From an uncultured bacterium (GTDB taxonomy: Bacteria > JAGOEH01), in NCBI GenBank assembly GCA_964632485.1, contig CAZWDO010000013.1:62001-121187 (forward strand): 59,187 nucleotides of DNA, read 5' to 3'. The position numbers and the translations under genes are program-made. How positions within the stretch are numbered: position 1 is the first letter of the stretch; each line of letters begins with the position of its first letter. This document shows, in pieces, positions 19,598 through 29,478 of the stretch. The notes below the pieces were generated by a model. It was not told the origin of the DNA, did not search any database, and saw nothing but the letters and a program-made list of their open reading frames with translations.

Positions 19598-20095
19598 TCA
19601 ATCGTATTTTGCCAGGATTTCGTTGATTTTCGTGACTTTCATGCGTTGAAACACTTCCTCGTCCACCACCATAACTGGCGCTAAGCCGCAGGCGCCGACA
19701 CAACGGTTAATTTCCAGTGTAAATCGCAGGTCTTTCGTGGTTTGATTGATGGATATACCCAATTCCTTGTTGATGTGCTCGAGTATCCTTTTCCCACCAC
19801 GGACGTAGCAAGCCGTACCCAGGCAAACCCGGATCGTATGGCGTCCTCGGGGTACCATCGTAAAAAAGGAATAAAAGGTTACGACTCCGTAAATTTCACT
19901 CAAGGGAATTACCATTTTGTCTGAAATATATTTCTGGACAAGTAACGGCAGATACCCAAAAATCCCCTGGGCCTGGTGAAGCACCATGATCAGGCTTCCT
20001 GGCACTTCCCGATAATGCTCGATAACCTGGTCCAGCAGACGATATTTTTCCTCTTCTGGAAGTTGATCGGGATGGATGTCCTTAAGGTTTAACAA
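19598..20095 (-). CDS. NuoE/HydC/HndA-like [2Fe-2S] subunit (first copy)
   Basis: LHQAQGIFGYLP, GVVTFYSFF, CLGTAC and CVGAC; GGAGG RBS before the TTG start. Confidence 0.93.
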   Translation of the reverse strand: MLNLKDIHPDQLPEEEKYRLLDQVIEHYREVPGSLIMVLHQAQGIFGYLPLLVQKYISDKMVIPLSEIYGVVTFYSFFTMVPRGRHTIRVCLGTACYVRGGKRILEHINKELGISINQTTKDLRFTLEINRCVGACGLAPVMVVDEEVFQRMKVTKINEILAKYD

Positions 20096-20147
20096 TACAG
20101 CCTCCTTCGCTTTGAATTAATAAATCGCGCAAAAACTGTTTCCACCC

Positions 20148-20176
20148 AATATATAAAGTAAATGACCTTTTGTCAA
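20148..20176 (-). promoter_or_regulatory. Sigma70-type promoter of the hydrogenase operon
   Basis: TTGACA-17bp-TATATT. Confidence 0.65.
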
Positions 20177-20303
20177 GCCTGAAAAATTTATTATTGAAAA
20201 GATTGGGAACTTTTTTACTAAAACTGATTTTAATAAGCGACTTTAAGTTTTAGTGTTCTTATTGATCTTTAATCCAAAAATAACTTTAAATAAGGAGTTG
20301 CGC

Positions 20304-21263
20304 ATGATCAATATCCGTCAATTAACTCGCTATTATGGCCATTTTCTGGCCGTCGACAATATCAGTTTTGATGTTAATAAGGGAGAAATTCTGGGTTTTT
20401 TAGGCCCGAATGGCGCCGGTAAAACCACGACGATGAAGATGATTACGGGCTTTTTAATGCCAAGCGCCGGGACCATTACCATCGATGAGCTTGATGTCGT
20501 GCAGAACCCTATGAAGATTAAACAAAAGATCGGTTATCTGCCCGAACATAACGCCCTTTACTTGGATATGAACATTATTGAATATTTGACGTTTATCATG
20601 GAAGCGAGAGGGATTGACAAAAACCTCTACCGATCGCGTTTACAATACGTTATTGACGTATGTGGATTGAGCCGGGAGCTGACAAAGAATATCGGCCAAC
20701 TCTCAAAAGGGTATCGTCAACGCGTCGGTTTGGCTCAAGCCTTGATCCATGATCCTGAAATTCTAATTCTGGATGAGCCAACGGTTGGCCTGGACCCCAA
20801 CCAAATTGTTGAAATCCGCAACCTTATTAAAAAAATTGGTGAGCAAAAAACGATTATCTTGTCAACCCACATTCTACCGGAAGTTGAAGTAACTTGTAAT
20901 CGTGTGATTATTATTAATAAAGGCAGTATTGCCGCGATGGGTAGTCTGGATGAATTGCACAAATCCTTTGCCGGCAATGATAAACTAAAAGTTGTCGTTG
21001 AAGGCGACCATCAGGATAAAGCCTCTATCTTCACTTCCCTGAACGCAGTTTTGACTCATACAGTAGCCTTCAATGGGGAAGAAACGACGTTTGAGCTCGG
21101 CGTTGAAAAAGACCAAGATATCCGGAGTGATATTAGAAACCTTCTCAGCGCAAATAAAATTCCCCTATTGGAATTGAAACGGGAACCAGCCAGTCTTGAA
21201 ACAGTTTTCCACTCATTGACAATTGACCAACCGGAATTACCATCCACGCAAACCAACGCCTAA
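20304..21263 (+). CDS. ABC transporter ATP-binding protein (GldA-like)
   Basis: GPNGAGKTT, LSKGYRQR, ILDEPT and STHIL; AAGGAG RBS before the ATG at 20304. Confidence 0.92.
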   Translation: MINIRQLTRYYGHFLAVDNISFDVNKGEILGFLGPNGAGKTTTMKMITGFLMPSAGTITIDELDVVQNPMKIKQKIGYLPEHNALYLDMNIIEYLTFIMEARGIDKNLYRSRLQYVIDVCGLSRELTKNIGQLSKGYRQRVGLAQALIHDPEILILDEPTVGLDPNQIVEIRNLIKKIGEQKTIILSTHILPEVEVTCNRVIIINKGSIAAMGSLDELHKSFAGNDKLKVVVEGDHQDKASIFTSLNAVLTHTVAFNGEETTFELGVEKDQDIRSDIRNLLSANKIPLLELKREPASLETVFHSLTIDQPELPSTQTNA

Positions 21264-21281
21264 TCGTTCAGGAGTTCAATT

Positions 21282-22001
21282 ATGAATATCAAAACTATCA
21301 AAGCTATTTACTTTAAAGAGTTGAAAAGCTTCTTCTATTCGCCCCTGGCCTATATTGTTATTACGCTTTTTTTGATTATTTTGGGATGGTTTTTTACCGC
21401 CACTTTGTTCATTAATAACGGTGAAGCCTCAATGCGTTCAGCCTTTAGTTATATTCCGATTCTTTTTCTGGTTTTCGTTCCGGCGATTACCATGCGTACG
21501 ATTGCCGAAGAGAAGAAGAGCGGAACATTTGAGCTACTAGTAACCATGCCAATATTCGATAGCGAAATCATTATTGCCAAATATTTAGCGTCGTTGTCGT
21601 TGATTATGGCCGCAGTATTTGGAACCCTTGTCTATCTAATCACCCTGACTTCCATGGGGAATCTGGATGGCGGGGAAGTATTTGGCGGCTATTTGGGCTT
21701 GTTCTTGATGGGTGGCGCTTATGTTTCTCTGGGGATACTAGCGTCATCTTTGACCGAAAATCAGATCATCGCTTTTATCCTGGCTTTCGTGTTCGCCTTT
21801 TTCTTTTTTATTATTAACAAGATACTGATGTTCATGCCTGCTTTTTTAACCTCATTTCTCGAATATATTAGCATCGACTATCATTTTGAAAATATTGCCC
21901 GCGGAGTGATCGATACCCGGGATGTTATTTATTATCTTTCATTAAGTTTTCTGTGTCTTTTCCTGGCCACTAAAAGCCTGGAATCCCGTCAAACCGCTTA
22001 A
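21282..22001 (+). CDS. ABC-2 permease (GldF-like)
   Basis: KELKSFFYSP, TMRTIAEEKKSGTFELL, TENQI and six TM helices. Confidence 0.9.
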   Translation: MNIKTIKAIYFKELKSFFYSPLAYIVITLFLIILGWFFTATLFINNGEASMRSAFSYIPILFLVFVPAITMRTIAEEKKSGTFELLVTMPIFDSEIIIAKYLASLSLIMAAVFGTLVYLITLTSMGNLDGGEVFGGYLGLFLMGGAYVSLGILASSLTENQIIAFILAFVFAFFFFIINKILMFMPAFLTSFLEYISIDYHFENIARGVIDTRDVIYYLSLSFLCLFLATKSLESRQTA

Positions 22002-22020
22002 GTTCGAAGGAGCCGTCCAT

Positions 22021-23769
22021 ATGAATCAGAACCAACCACAAAACACCAAGAGAAGCTCGTTTAAAACATTCTTGATTTCACTTCTCGTCGTCCATATAAT
22101 TCAGAAAGTCGTTAATTGGATTCAGAAACAACCGCACAATTCTCCCTCTGCGCCGGCCGTCAATCGAGCATCGATTGGTCGCCATTTGGTGTCTTCCCAC
22201 GCCGTCAATATCTATTTGACCTTTATATTCGTGGCGCTTCTCAATGTCGCTTCGCTGTATATATTTACACGCTTCGATTTTACGGAAAACAGTATCTATT
22301 CGATCTCCAAACCGACCAAGGATTTGATAGGAAATCTCGACGATCGTTTAACGGTTAAAGCGTATTTCTCCAAGGATTTACCGGCACCGTACAACAATGT
22401 TTCCCAATTTGTGCGGGATTTGCTACAGGAATACAAAGCCTATGGCAAGGGGAATGTGTATTATGAATTTATCAATCCCGGCGATGATCAGAAACTGGAA
22501 GAAGAGGCCATGAGCTTTCGTGTCCCGCCGTTGCAAGTCAATGCGCTCGAAAAAGATAAAATTGAATTAAAAAAAGTGTATATGGGACTGGTTTTTCTTT
22601 ACCAGAACAATCAGGAAGTATTGCCGGTTATCAGTAAGACGACAGGGTTAGAATATGATATTACCAGCGCTATCAAGCGCTTGATGTCAACAGAAAAACC
22701 CGCCATCGGAATTCTTCAGGGCCATGGCGAACCGTCCCTTTCCGAGAACCTGCAGACCCTGAAAGCCGCTTTGGATAAACAATATGACGTTCAGCCTGTC
22801 CAACTATCTGCGGTGAATTCGATTCCTCAAAATTTAAAGCTAGCTCTTTTAATTGCCCCACAGGATACTTTCAATATCGAAGACCTTTATAAAATCGATC
22901 AGTTTATTATGAACGGCGGGAAAATGGGATTTTTCTTTAATGAACACGACGTTCAATTGGATAAAGGAAGCGCCCAACCGCTTACGACGAATTTAAGCCC
23001 GTTATTGCAGCAATATGGGATTAAAATTAATAATGATATTGTTATGGATATGAATTGCGCGCCCATCAGTGTTTCCCAGCAACAAGGATTTTTCCAGATT
23101 GTCAATCAGGTGGCTTATCCCTTTTTCCCTATTTTTGACCGATTAAACCGCGAACATATTATAGTAAAAGACCTGGAGAGGTTGGTCCATTTTTTCCCTT
23201 CTTCCTTGGATACGTCATTGGCCGGGAAAATGAGAATACAGGTGACCGCCTTAGCCACGACTTCTGAAAAATCAACGGCACAAACAGGACGGTTTGATGT
23301 TAATCCCATGCAACAATACGATCCCCAGGATTTTAATGATACCAGCGGCCAGGGATATGTAGTTTCGGCCGTTTATACCGGAATGTTTCAATCTTATTTC
23401 ACCTCGGACCAGCAGTTGATTCCGGTGAGCGTTGATAGAAACTTGTTTAAACAGAAAAGTGAAGAGAACCGCATTGTCGTGATTGCCGAAGGTAATTTTA
23501 TTAAAGACGAGTATTTGCAATCGGTCAGAGAAAACACATCGCTGGCTTTAAATACGGCCGACTGGCTTGCTCAAGATGAAGATCTGATCCTTATACGATC
23601 GCGCGAAGTTACAGCGCGTCCCTTAAAAGCTCCGGAAAATGCCGCGATTCGTAATTTGATCCGCTGGCTAAATATTTTATTGCCGCCGATCATTATCATC
23701 GCTATCGGATTAATTATGACCGCTCTTCGTAAAAACCGTCTCAATCGTTTAATTGTTGATCTGAAGTAG
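22021..23769 (+). CDS. GldG-like ABC transporter auxiliary component
   Basis: RFDFTENSIYSIS, LEYDIT, GHGEP, DQFIMNGG, N-x-x-DWL and a C-terminal TM helix. Confidence 0.88.
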   Translation: MNQNQPQNTKRSSFKTFLISLLVVHIIQKVVNWIQKQPHNSPSAPAVNRASIGRHLVSSHAVNIYLTFIFVALLNVASLYIFTRFDFTENSIYSISKPTKDLIGNLDDRLTVKAYFSKDLPAPYNNVSQFVRDLLQEYKAYGKGNVYYEFINPGDDQKLEEEAMSFRVPPLQVNALEKDKIELKKVYMGLVFLYQNNQEVLPVISKTTGLEYDITSAIKRLMSTEKPAIGILQGHGEPSLSENLQTLKAALDKQYDVQPVQLSAVNSIPQNLKLALLIAPQDTFNIEDLYKIDQFIMNGGKMGFFFNEHDVQLDKGSAQPLTTNLSPLLQQYGIKINNDIVMDMNCAPISVSQQQGFFQIVNQVAYPFFPIFDRLNREHIIVKDLERLVHFFPSSLDTSLAGKMRIQVTALATTSEKSTAQTGRFDVNPMQQYDPQDFNDTSGQGYVVSAVYTGMFQSYFTSDQQLIPVSVDRNLFKQKSEENRIVVIAEGNFIKDEYLQSVRENTSLALNTADWLAQDEDLILIRSREVTARPLKAPENAAIRNLIRWLNILLPPIIIIAIGLIMTALRKNRLNRLIVDLK

Positions 23770-23787
23770 TCCGGGAGGAGTTTTCGT

Positions 23788-24756
23788 ATGCGTAAATCTA
23801 ATTGGTATCTCCTGATTTTTATTGTAGTTTTATCCATTATCGTCTATTTTAACAACCGGGAAGAAAAATTCACGGAAAAGGATTCGCTTAAAACCAGCTT
23901 TATCGGACTGGATAGTCTTAAAATTGATCGCCTGGAGTTGAAGAGTACCGATGACAAACAGGTTGTGCTGGTCAAAGACGCTGGCAAATGGTTCATTAGC
24001 GAACCCATACGCTATCCGGCTAACCAGTCGATCGTGGAAGATATGTTGCGCAAAATCAGTAATTTTGAGATTGAAAATATTATCAGCAAAAATCCGTCAA
24101 CGGATACGACGTTCGGGGTGGATTCCGTTAGCGGTTTCAGTGTTTCAATTTTTGAAAACGGCAAATCAGCCAACCGGGTCATTATCGGTAAAGTTTCCGA
24201 AAGCTGGTCGCATACCTATGTTAAGGAAAGTGGCCGGGAAGAAACCTTCCTTCTCCGGGGGAATGTCGGTTATATTTTTAAACGTTCGCTGAGAGATTGG
24301 CGTGATAAATCCATTTTAAAAATCGATAAGGAGATGGTAAAAACAATTCATATCCAGTATCGTGACAGTATTAATCTGGAATTCAAGAAGAATGATACTC
24401 TGTGGATGGTTCAAACTGCTCAACAGCGCGCGCGTGCAAAAAATGCGGATATGGCACAATTATTAAGCTCTCTCAATAATTTTATGGCTGCAGATTTCGT
24501 TGATGATACGACTATCGCCGGTTTGTCCGCCGCCCCGATGAAGTTGGACGTTGAAATGATGAATGGTGATAAATACAGTTTAAATGGTATCCCCACAGAT
24601 TCGATAGCTAATCGGTTTTATGTTCAAACCAGCGGTAATAGCCAGATTTTTTCTGTTTATCGCGCGTCAATGAGTACGTTTTTTAAGGGATTTGAGGGAT
24701 ATCAGCAAATTCCGGCGGAAAATTCCGATTCCACCAGCCTTGCGCCGATGCCGTAA
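23788..24756 (+). CDS. DUF4340-like periplasmic protein of the Gld-type ABC cluster
   Basis: N-terminal anchor, DWRDK motif between two repeats, and the usual position after GldG. Confidence 0.75.
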   Translation: MRKSNWYLLIFIVVLSIIVYFNNREEKFTEKDSLKTSFIGLDSLKIDRLELKSTDDKQVVLVKDAGKWFISEPIRYPANQSIVEDMLRKISNFEIENIISKNPSTDTTFGVDSVSGFSVSIFENGKSANRVIIGKVSESWSHTYVKESGREETFLLRGNVGYIFKRSLRDWRDKSILKIDKEMVKTIHIQYRDSINLEFKKNDTLWMVQTAQQRARAKNADMAQLLSSLNNFMAADFVDDTTIAGLSAAPMKLDVEMMNGDKYSLNGIPTDSIANRFYVQTSGNSQIFSVYRASMSTFFKGFEGYQQIPAENSDSTSLAPMP

Positions 24757-24843
24757 TTCGAAGGTCAATTCGTTATTTTGCTACGGATGCCATCCCTTAA
24801 TGTCAAGGACTTCCGGCAACACCATCGCATCGCAGAAATTTAC

Positions 24844-24877
24844 TTTTTCCCCACCTGATCGCTCAGGTGAGGAAAAA
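24844..24877. terminator. Hairpin/terminator after the ABC cluster
   Basis: TTTTTCCcCACCTGA-tcgc-TCAGGTGaGGAAAAA. Confidence 0.45.
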
Positions 24878-24953
24878 GTGTGTGTTATTCTTCTCCCTTA
24901 AAAAGTCCGGTTGTTTTCGATGCCGGATAAATACCCGGACAGGAGTTTAGTAT

Positions 24954-25700
24954 ATGATGAAATTTTTTTTTTATCTTAGCTTGATTGTAATTATCAATTC
25001 AGGAGTTGTTACAGTGGCTGAAACAAAAATTACCAATTCTAAGGGAGAATGTCACTTTTTTAAAGATACTCTGTTAAAAGAGATTGGTTTGGATTATCTG
25101 TTGTATTTGCCGGAGAATTTTAATGCGCAGAGCAATGAGCGCTATCCGTTGATTCTATTTTTACATGGTTCGGGCGAACGCGGAAATGATTTGGAGCTGG
25201 TTAAAATTCATGGAATTCCAAAAAATCTGGAATCGGGATTTTATCATGATTTTCCATTTGTGGTAGTTTGTCCGCAATGTCCATCAGCTTCCTGGTGGAA
25301 CCGCGAGAGCGATGCTTTGAATGGATTGTTGGATCAAATTATTGCAGAGTTGCCGATCGATACTCAGCGCATATATCTTACCGGAATGAGCATGGGCGGT
25401 TTTGGCGCTTGGGACTTGGCGCTGAAATATCCGCATCGGTTTGCCGCGATCGCGCCGGTTTGCGGGGGTGGTTTTTCGTTTCTAGCCGATCGGATCAAAC
25501 ATTTGCCGGTGTGGGTTTTCCATGGCGCCAAAGACATGGTGGTTCCTCTTTTTTATTCCGAAAGCATGGTCAACGCTTTGAAAAAACAGGGGGCTGACGT
25601 CGAATTTACAGTTTATCCTGAGGCTACTCATGATGCATGGAGCGAAACATATCGTAATCCGGCTTTATTTGAATGGTTTTTAAATCATCGTCGTCCCTAA
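24954..25700 (+). CDS. Phospholipase/carboxylesterase-type alpha/beta hydrolase
   Basis: LFLHGSGERG, PQCP, GMSMGG, FHGAKD and H-x-x-W. Confidence 0.9.
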   Translation: MMKFFFYLSLIVIINSGVVTVAETKITNSKGECHFFKDTLLKEIGLDYLLYLPENFNAQSNERYPLILFLHGSGERGNDLELVKIHGIPKNLESGFYHDFPFVVVCPQCPSASWWNRESDALNGLLDQIIAELPIDTQRIYLTGMSMGGFGAWDLALKYPHRFAAIAPVCGGGFSFLADRIKHLPVWVFHGAKDMVVPLFYSESMVNALKKQGADVEFTVYPEATHDAWSETYRNPALFEWFLNHRRP

Positions 25701-25707
25701 GGAAAAT

Positions 25708-26958
25708 ATGATAAACAGAAAATCCTGGGTTTTTACTTTTTGGTTGAGCATCATCATTTTGATTTCGCCCACTTCAGCCCGCGATTACCATCCCTTTGAC
25801 TTGTGGAGGGCCAAGGATCAATTTTCTGTTAAAGGATTTACCTTTAATGCGGCTTATACTCTGGATTTGTATCATGTTGCGCGCAATGTGGATGATAAAA
25901 CTGGAACGGAAGAATATGGCGCTCCGGAATCCAAAAAATCCAATGTCGCTCTTGGCGACTTTGATCTAATCCTGGGAATCGATGCAGAAAAAGCTTTTTC
26001 TCTTAAGGGTCTTGATGCCTTGTTTTATATTTTGGGCAACCATGGCGGGAGTCCTTCGGAAATCGCAGAAGATGCCCAAACCATCAGCAATATCGATGCG
26101 CCGAATACCTGGAAACTATATGAAGCCTGGGTTCAGTATCGGTTTTTGAATGGACAATTGGCCTTTTTATTTGGTCTTTTCGATTTGAACTCTGAATTTG
26201 ACGTCATTGAAACTGCGGGACTTTTTATCAATTCCTCTCACGGTATTGGACCCGATTTTTCTCAAAGTGGCCAGAATGGCCCATCAATTTTTCCCTCAAC
26301 CTCATTAGCTTTACGCGGCAGCTATTCATTTAATGATCACATTTACCTGCAAACCGCTTTTTTTGATGGAGTTCCCGGTGATGCTGATAATCCTGAAGGA
26401 ACCCATATCAATATAAGCTCCACTGAAGGTTTTCTCTTATGCGCTGAAACCGGATTTCAGCGCCCATCTTCTGATAGTGATCCATATATGAAATTCGCTT
26501 TGGGTGGTTGGATGTATAGCGCTCGGTTCCCTGAAATCCTTGATGGACACGAATCCAGTTCCAATATTGGGGGATATGTTTTTGGTGAAGCCCAGATTGT
26601 CAGGGAGGATCACGACCAGGGAATCGCTGTTTTTTCCAGAATAGGTTTTGCTAATCCTAAGTACAACCAATTTGGTTTTTATGCCGGTGGCGGTCTCGTT
26701 TTTACCGGTCTGATTCCCGGACGCGATGCCGATCAGTGCGGATTGGCGTTGGCCCGCGTAGAAAACGTTACCGATTTCCTGCAGCTTACTGATGGATTAT
26801 TTACAAAATATGAGTTGAATTTGGAAGCGACATATCGATTTCAGCCGGCTCATTGGTGCGCATTTCAGGGAGATATCCAGTGGATCGTGAATCCTGGAAT
26901 GCAGCGTTTTATTAAATCTTGCTATGCCATAGGATTACGTTCCGAAATTATTTTTTAA
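25708..26958 (+). CDS. Carbohydrate-selective porin (OprB family)
   Basis: Signal peptide, QTISNIDA, LYEAW, DLNSEFD, PSIFP, QGDIQW and terminal Phe. Confidence 0.85.
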   Translation: MINRKSWVFTFWLSIIILISPTSARDYHPFDLWRAKDQFSVKGFTFNAAYTLDLYHVARNVDDKTGTEEYGAPESKKSNVALGDFDLILGIDAEKAFSLKGLDALFYILGNHGGSPSEIAEDAQTISNIDAPNTWKLYEAWVQYRFLNGQLAFLFGLFDLNSEFDVIETAGLFINSSHGIGPDFSQSGQNGPSIFPSTSLALRGSYSFNDHIYLQTAFFDGVPGDADNPEGTHINISSTEGFLLCAETGFQRPSSDSDPYMKFALGGWMYSARFPEILDGHESSSNIGGYVFGEAQIVREDHDQGIAVFSRIGFANPKYNQFGFYAGGGLVFTGLIPGRDADQCGLALARVENVTDFLQLTDGLFTKYELNLEATYRFQPAHWCAFQGDIQWIVNPGMQRFIKSCYAIGLRSEIIF

Positions 26959-26976
26959 TCCATTTAATCCGGTTGT

Positions 26977-28575
26977 TCAATCAAAATAATGGTGGAACAG
27001 TTCCATTTCAGGAGTGAGATCAATGCCTGCAGGTGTTTTAGCTTCCTTAAATGTTGCATTGCACTGATGGATTAATTGCGGGCAATCGCGGTAAATCCGC
27101 CGCGGGGATATATAATCAATCAACGTTTCATCTTCATCAAGGAAAGATCGGTACACGAATACCGGCTTGAAATAATTGAGCGCTTCAACCAGGATCGTTG
27201 AATATACGGTAATGACTAAATCCGCTTCCTTTAACCAATGGGCAGCGCAATGTTGGGCGATACTGATTCCCGGGAAGCGGTTTCGATAAATAGTGGATTT
27301 TTCCTGAGGATGTATATGGAGGTGATAGTGTAATGAATTTCCATAATGTTGCATGAACTGCCGGATAATTTTATGCCATTCCTGCAAGGCAGGTTGCCCG
27401 AATATTTCATCAATGGGGTTTGAAAAAAATACGACAACCGGAGGTTGCTGCCGAAGTTGATAATTGGTAGGGGGGGATTTAGCAGATACCTGTTTTTTTG
27501 GATAGAATCCGCTTTGAAACTTTTTGTCATAACTGTACTTTTTCATTAAGCGCATCTCAAAATTTGTCCAAAGCAGATACTGGTCGCAATACGAGCGATA
27601 GGGCAAGGGAGACTGGATTTGGCCATGCTGGAAATGTTCGATAAAAAATCGGTGATGGCGGTTCCAACTGTTCAGCGCGCTGACGTAATCGCTGTTGCCG
27701 TTATTGAACAACAAGTTGTCTGGAAGTAAGGGTTCCAATTGATGGGTAATGAGATCGACAAACTCCCATACCAATGGCAATTTGAAAAAAAAATAGAGAT
27801 GAAGCGCGAGGTAGGAGCGGGAATATGTTTCCGATGAGCATCGCTTCAATTGGTGACGCCAGAGACGGGCGCAGTGACGCAATGTTTGCCCGGAGCGCCG
27901 CCAGTTGTTCCATTGATAGTATTCAAACACGGGGATTCCCTTGCCTGAACGGTTAATCCACCATAATGGACGAGAGAGAGGAGTCAGCAAAACGGGCGCA
28001 TCAGTCGGCCGGGGGGGGAAAGCATAGCTCCGGGGCGCGGCAAACCAGGAGCGTCCTTTCCTGCAAAGTTCCTCTCGGCGGGGAGTTCGTTGGCTGATGA
28101 GCGTTGGCAAGTGGTAGAGAATTAAATATATACTAGCTGCTGCGAGCGTCAACCAACTGTGCGCCAATCGCCATTTATAAAGCCATTTGTCATATTTTGA
28201 TGGCAGGGTGATGATATTGGGAATTGTATTGATTAAATTTTTTTGGATCAAACCTTGGCGCGCCCAGGGGAGGTTTCTGAGATCAAGCTGGAAAATCGGA
28301 GTCTGTTGATGAAGTGTTTCGATATGTAGAATCAGACGGATGGGAATTTCCCAAACCAGTTTGGAAATACCAAAATGAGTCGCCTGAAGAAAATCATATC
28401 CTAAAATCCGGTTCAGAGCCTTTATTGGCAAATCCTGGGCCAGTTGCTCGCGGAACCGGGTTTCAAGCGCTATATAGCGGGCCGGATATTGACTGATGGG
28501 GTGAGCGCTCCAACTGCGCGTCTCTCCATCCAGCCGAAAGAGTGGAAAATCTAAAATTTCAACGAAGTGTTCCAT
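26977..28575 (-). CDS. Hypothetical surface-polysaccharide protein with a GT-B-like C-terminus
   Basis: QHG, HIHPQE and DLVITVYSTILVEALNYFKPV motifs resemble TagF/capsule-synthesis/sialyltransferase-like GT-B C-terminal domains. Confidence 0.55.
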   Translation of the reverse strand: MEHFVEILDFPLFRLDGETRSWSAHPISQYPARYIALETRFREQLAQDLPIKALNRILGYDFLQATHFGISKLVWEIPIRLILHIETLHQQTPIFQLDLRNLPWARQGLIQKNLINTIPNIITLPSKYDKWLYKWRLAHSWLTLAAASIYLILYHLPTLISQRTPRREELCRKGRSWFAAPRSYAFPPRPTDAPVLLTPLSRPLWWINRSGKGIPVFEYYQWNNWRRSGQTLRHCARLWRHQLKRCSSETYSRSYLALHLYFFFKLPLVWEFVDLITHQLEPLLPDNLLFNNGNSDYVSALNSWNRHHRFFIEHFQHGQIQSPLPYRSYCDQYLLWTNFEMRLMKKYSYDKKFQSGFYPKKQVSAKSPPTNYQLRQQPPVVVFFSNPIDEIFGQPALQEWHKIIRQFMQHYGNSLHYHLHIHPQEKSTIYRNRFPGISIAQHCAAHWLKEADLVITVYSTILVEALNYFKPVFVYRSFLDEDETLIDYISPRRIYRDCPQLIHQCNATFKEAKTPAGIDLTPEMELFHHYFD

Positions 28576-28670
28576 TGGCTTATTATAGATGAAAAAGAAA
28601 AAAATTACAAGAAAAATAATTACTTGCTGAAACTCTTTTTTTTTATTAATATCTTACAGGGAGGAACTTC

Positions 28671-29465
28671 ATGAAAAGAAAAATTGTGGCTATCGTCCAG
28701 GCACGTATGAGTTCACAGCGCTTGCCAGGCAAGGTATTGCTTCCTTTAGCCGGTGATTGCGCTCTGGGCGCTCTGTTCAAACGCCTGAGTTTTTCTGAAA
28801 GCATCAGCGAAGTTGTCTTAGCGACCTCAGGCGATTCTACCGACGACGAACTGGAGTATTGGGCGCTTCAGCGCAATATCCGCTGTTTCCGGGGACCCCT
28901 GGAAGATGTATTGGAACGTTTCCGCCTTATCGCCCATGAGATGTGTCCCGATTTACTTCTTCGGATTACCGGGGATTGTCCATTGATTGATGCGGCTCTC
29001 ATTGATCGTGTGATTACCGGCCATATCCGGCTATCTCCAGAGTTAACCGCTACTAACAATGAGAACGGTTTTCCCCGTGGTTTGGATGTGGAAGTTTTCG
29101 AGCCCGAGTTATTGGAAAAAATATCAGCCGAGCATCCCTCCCGCGAGGATCGCGAACATGTAACATTACATGCTTATCATTATTACCAGGGTTATAAAAT
29201 ATCGATCTATCAGCCTCATCCGACGTGCCGCGCGTTTCATTCCTTGCGTTTATGTCTGGATACTCCAGAGGATTATCGGCGAATCGAAGCGATCTTTGAG
29301 CATTTTTTACCCCGTATAGATTTTTCATTGATCGATATTTTGAAATATGCTGAATCAAACTCAATTTTGTTGGAGAATCAGGCCCGGCAGAAGGTCACCC
29401 TCGATTTTGACGCTATTGGAAGCTATTACCCTGAATTGGAGATAGACGATTCGATGAAATATTAA
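28671..29465 (+). CDS. SpsF-like cytidylyltransferase (CTP_transf_3)
   Basis: AIVQARMSSQRLPGKVL, DVLERF, RITGDCPLID, REHVT and RLCLDTPED. Confidence 0.9.
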   Translation: MKRKIVAIVQARMSSQRLPGKVLLPLAGDCALGALFKRLSFSESISEVVLATSGDSTDDELEYWALQRNIRCFRGPLEDVLERFRLIAHEMCPDLLLRITGDCPLIDAALIDRVITGHIRLSPELTATNNENGFPRGLDVEVFEPELLEKISAEHPSREDREHVTLHAYHYYQGYKISIYQPHPTCRAFHSLRLCLDTPEDYRRIEAIFEHFLPRIDFSLIDILKYAESNSILLENQARQKVTLDFDAIGSYYPELEIDDSMKY

Positions 29466-29478
29466 AAAAGGAGCAGTT

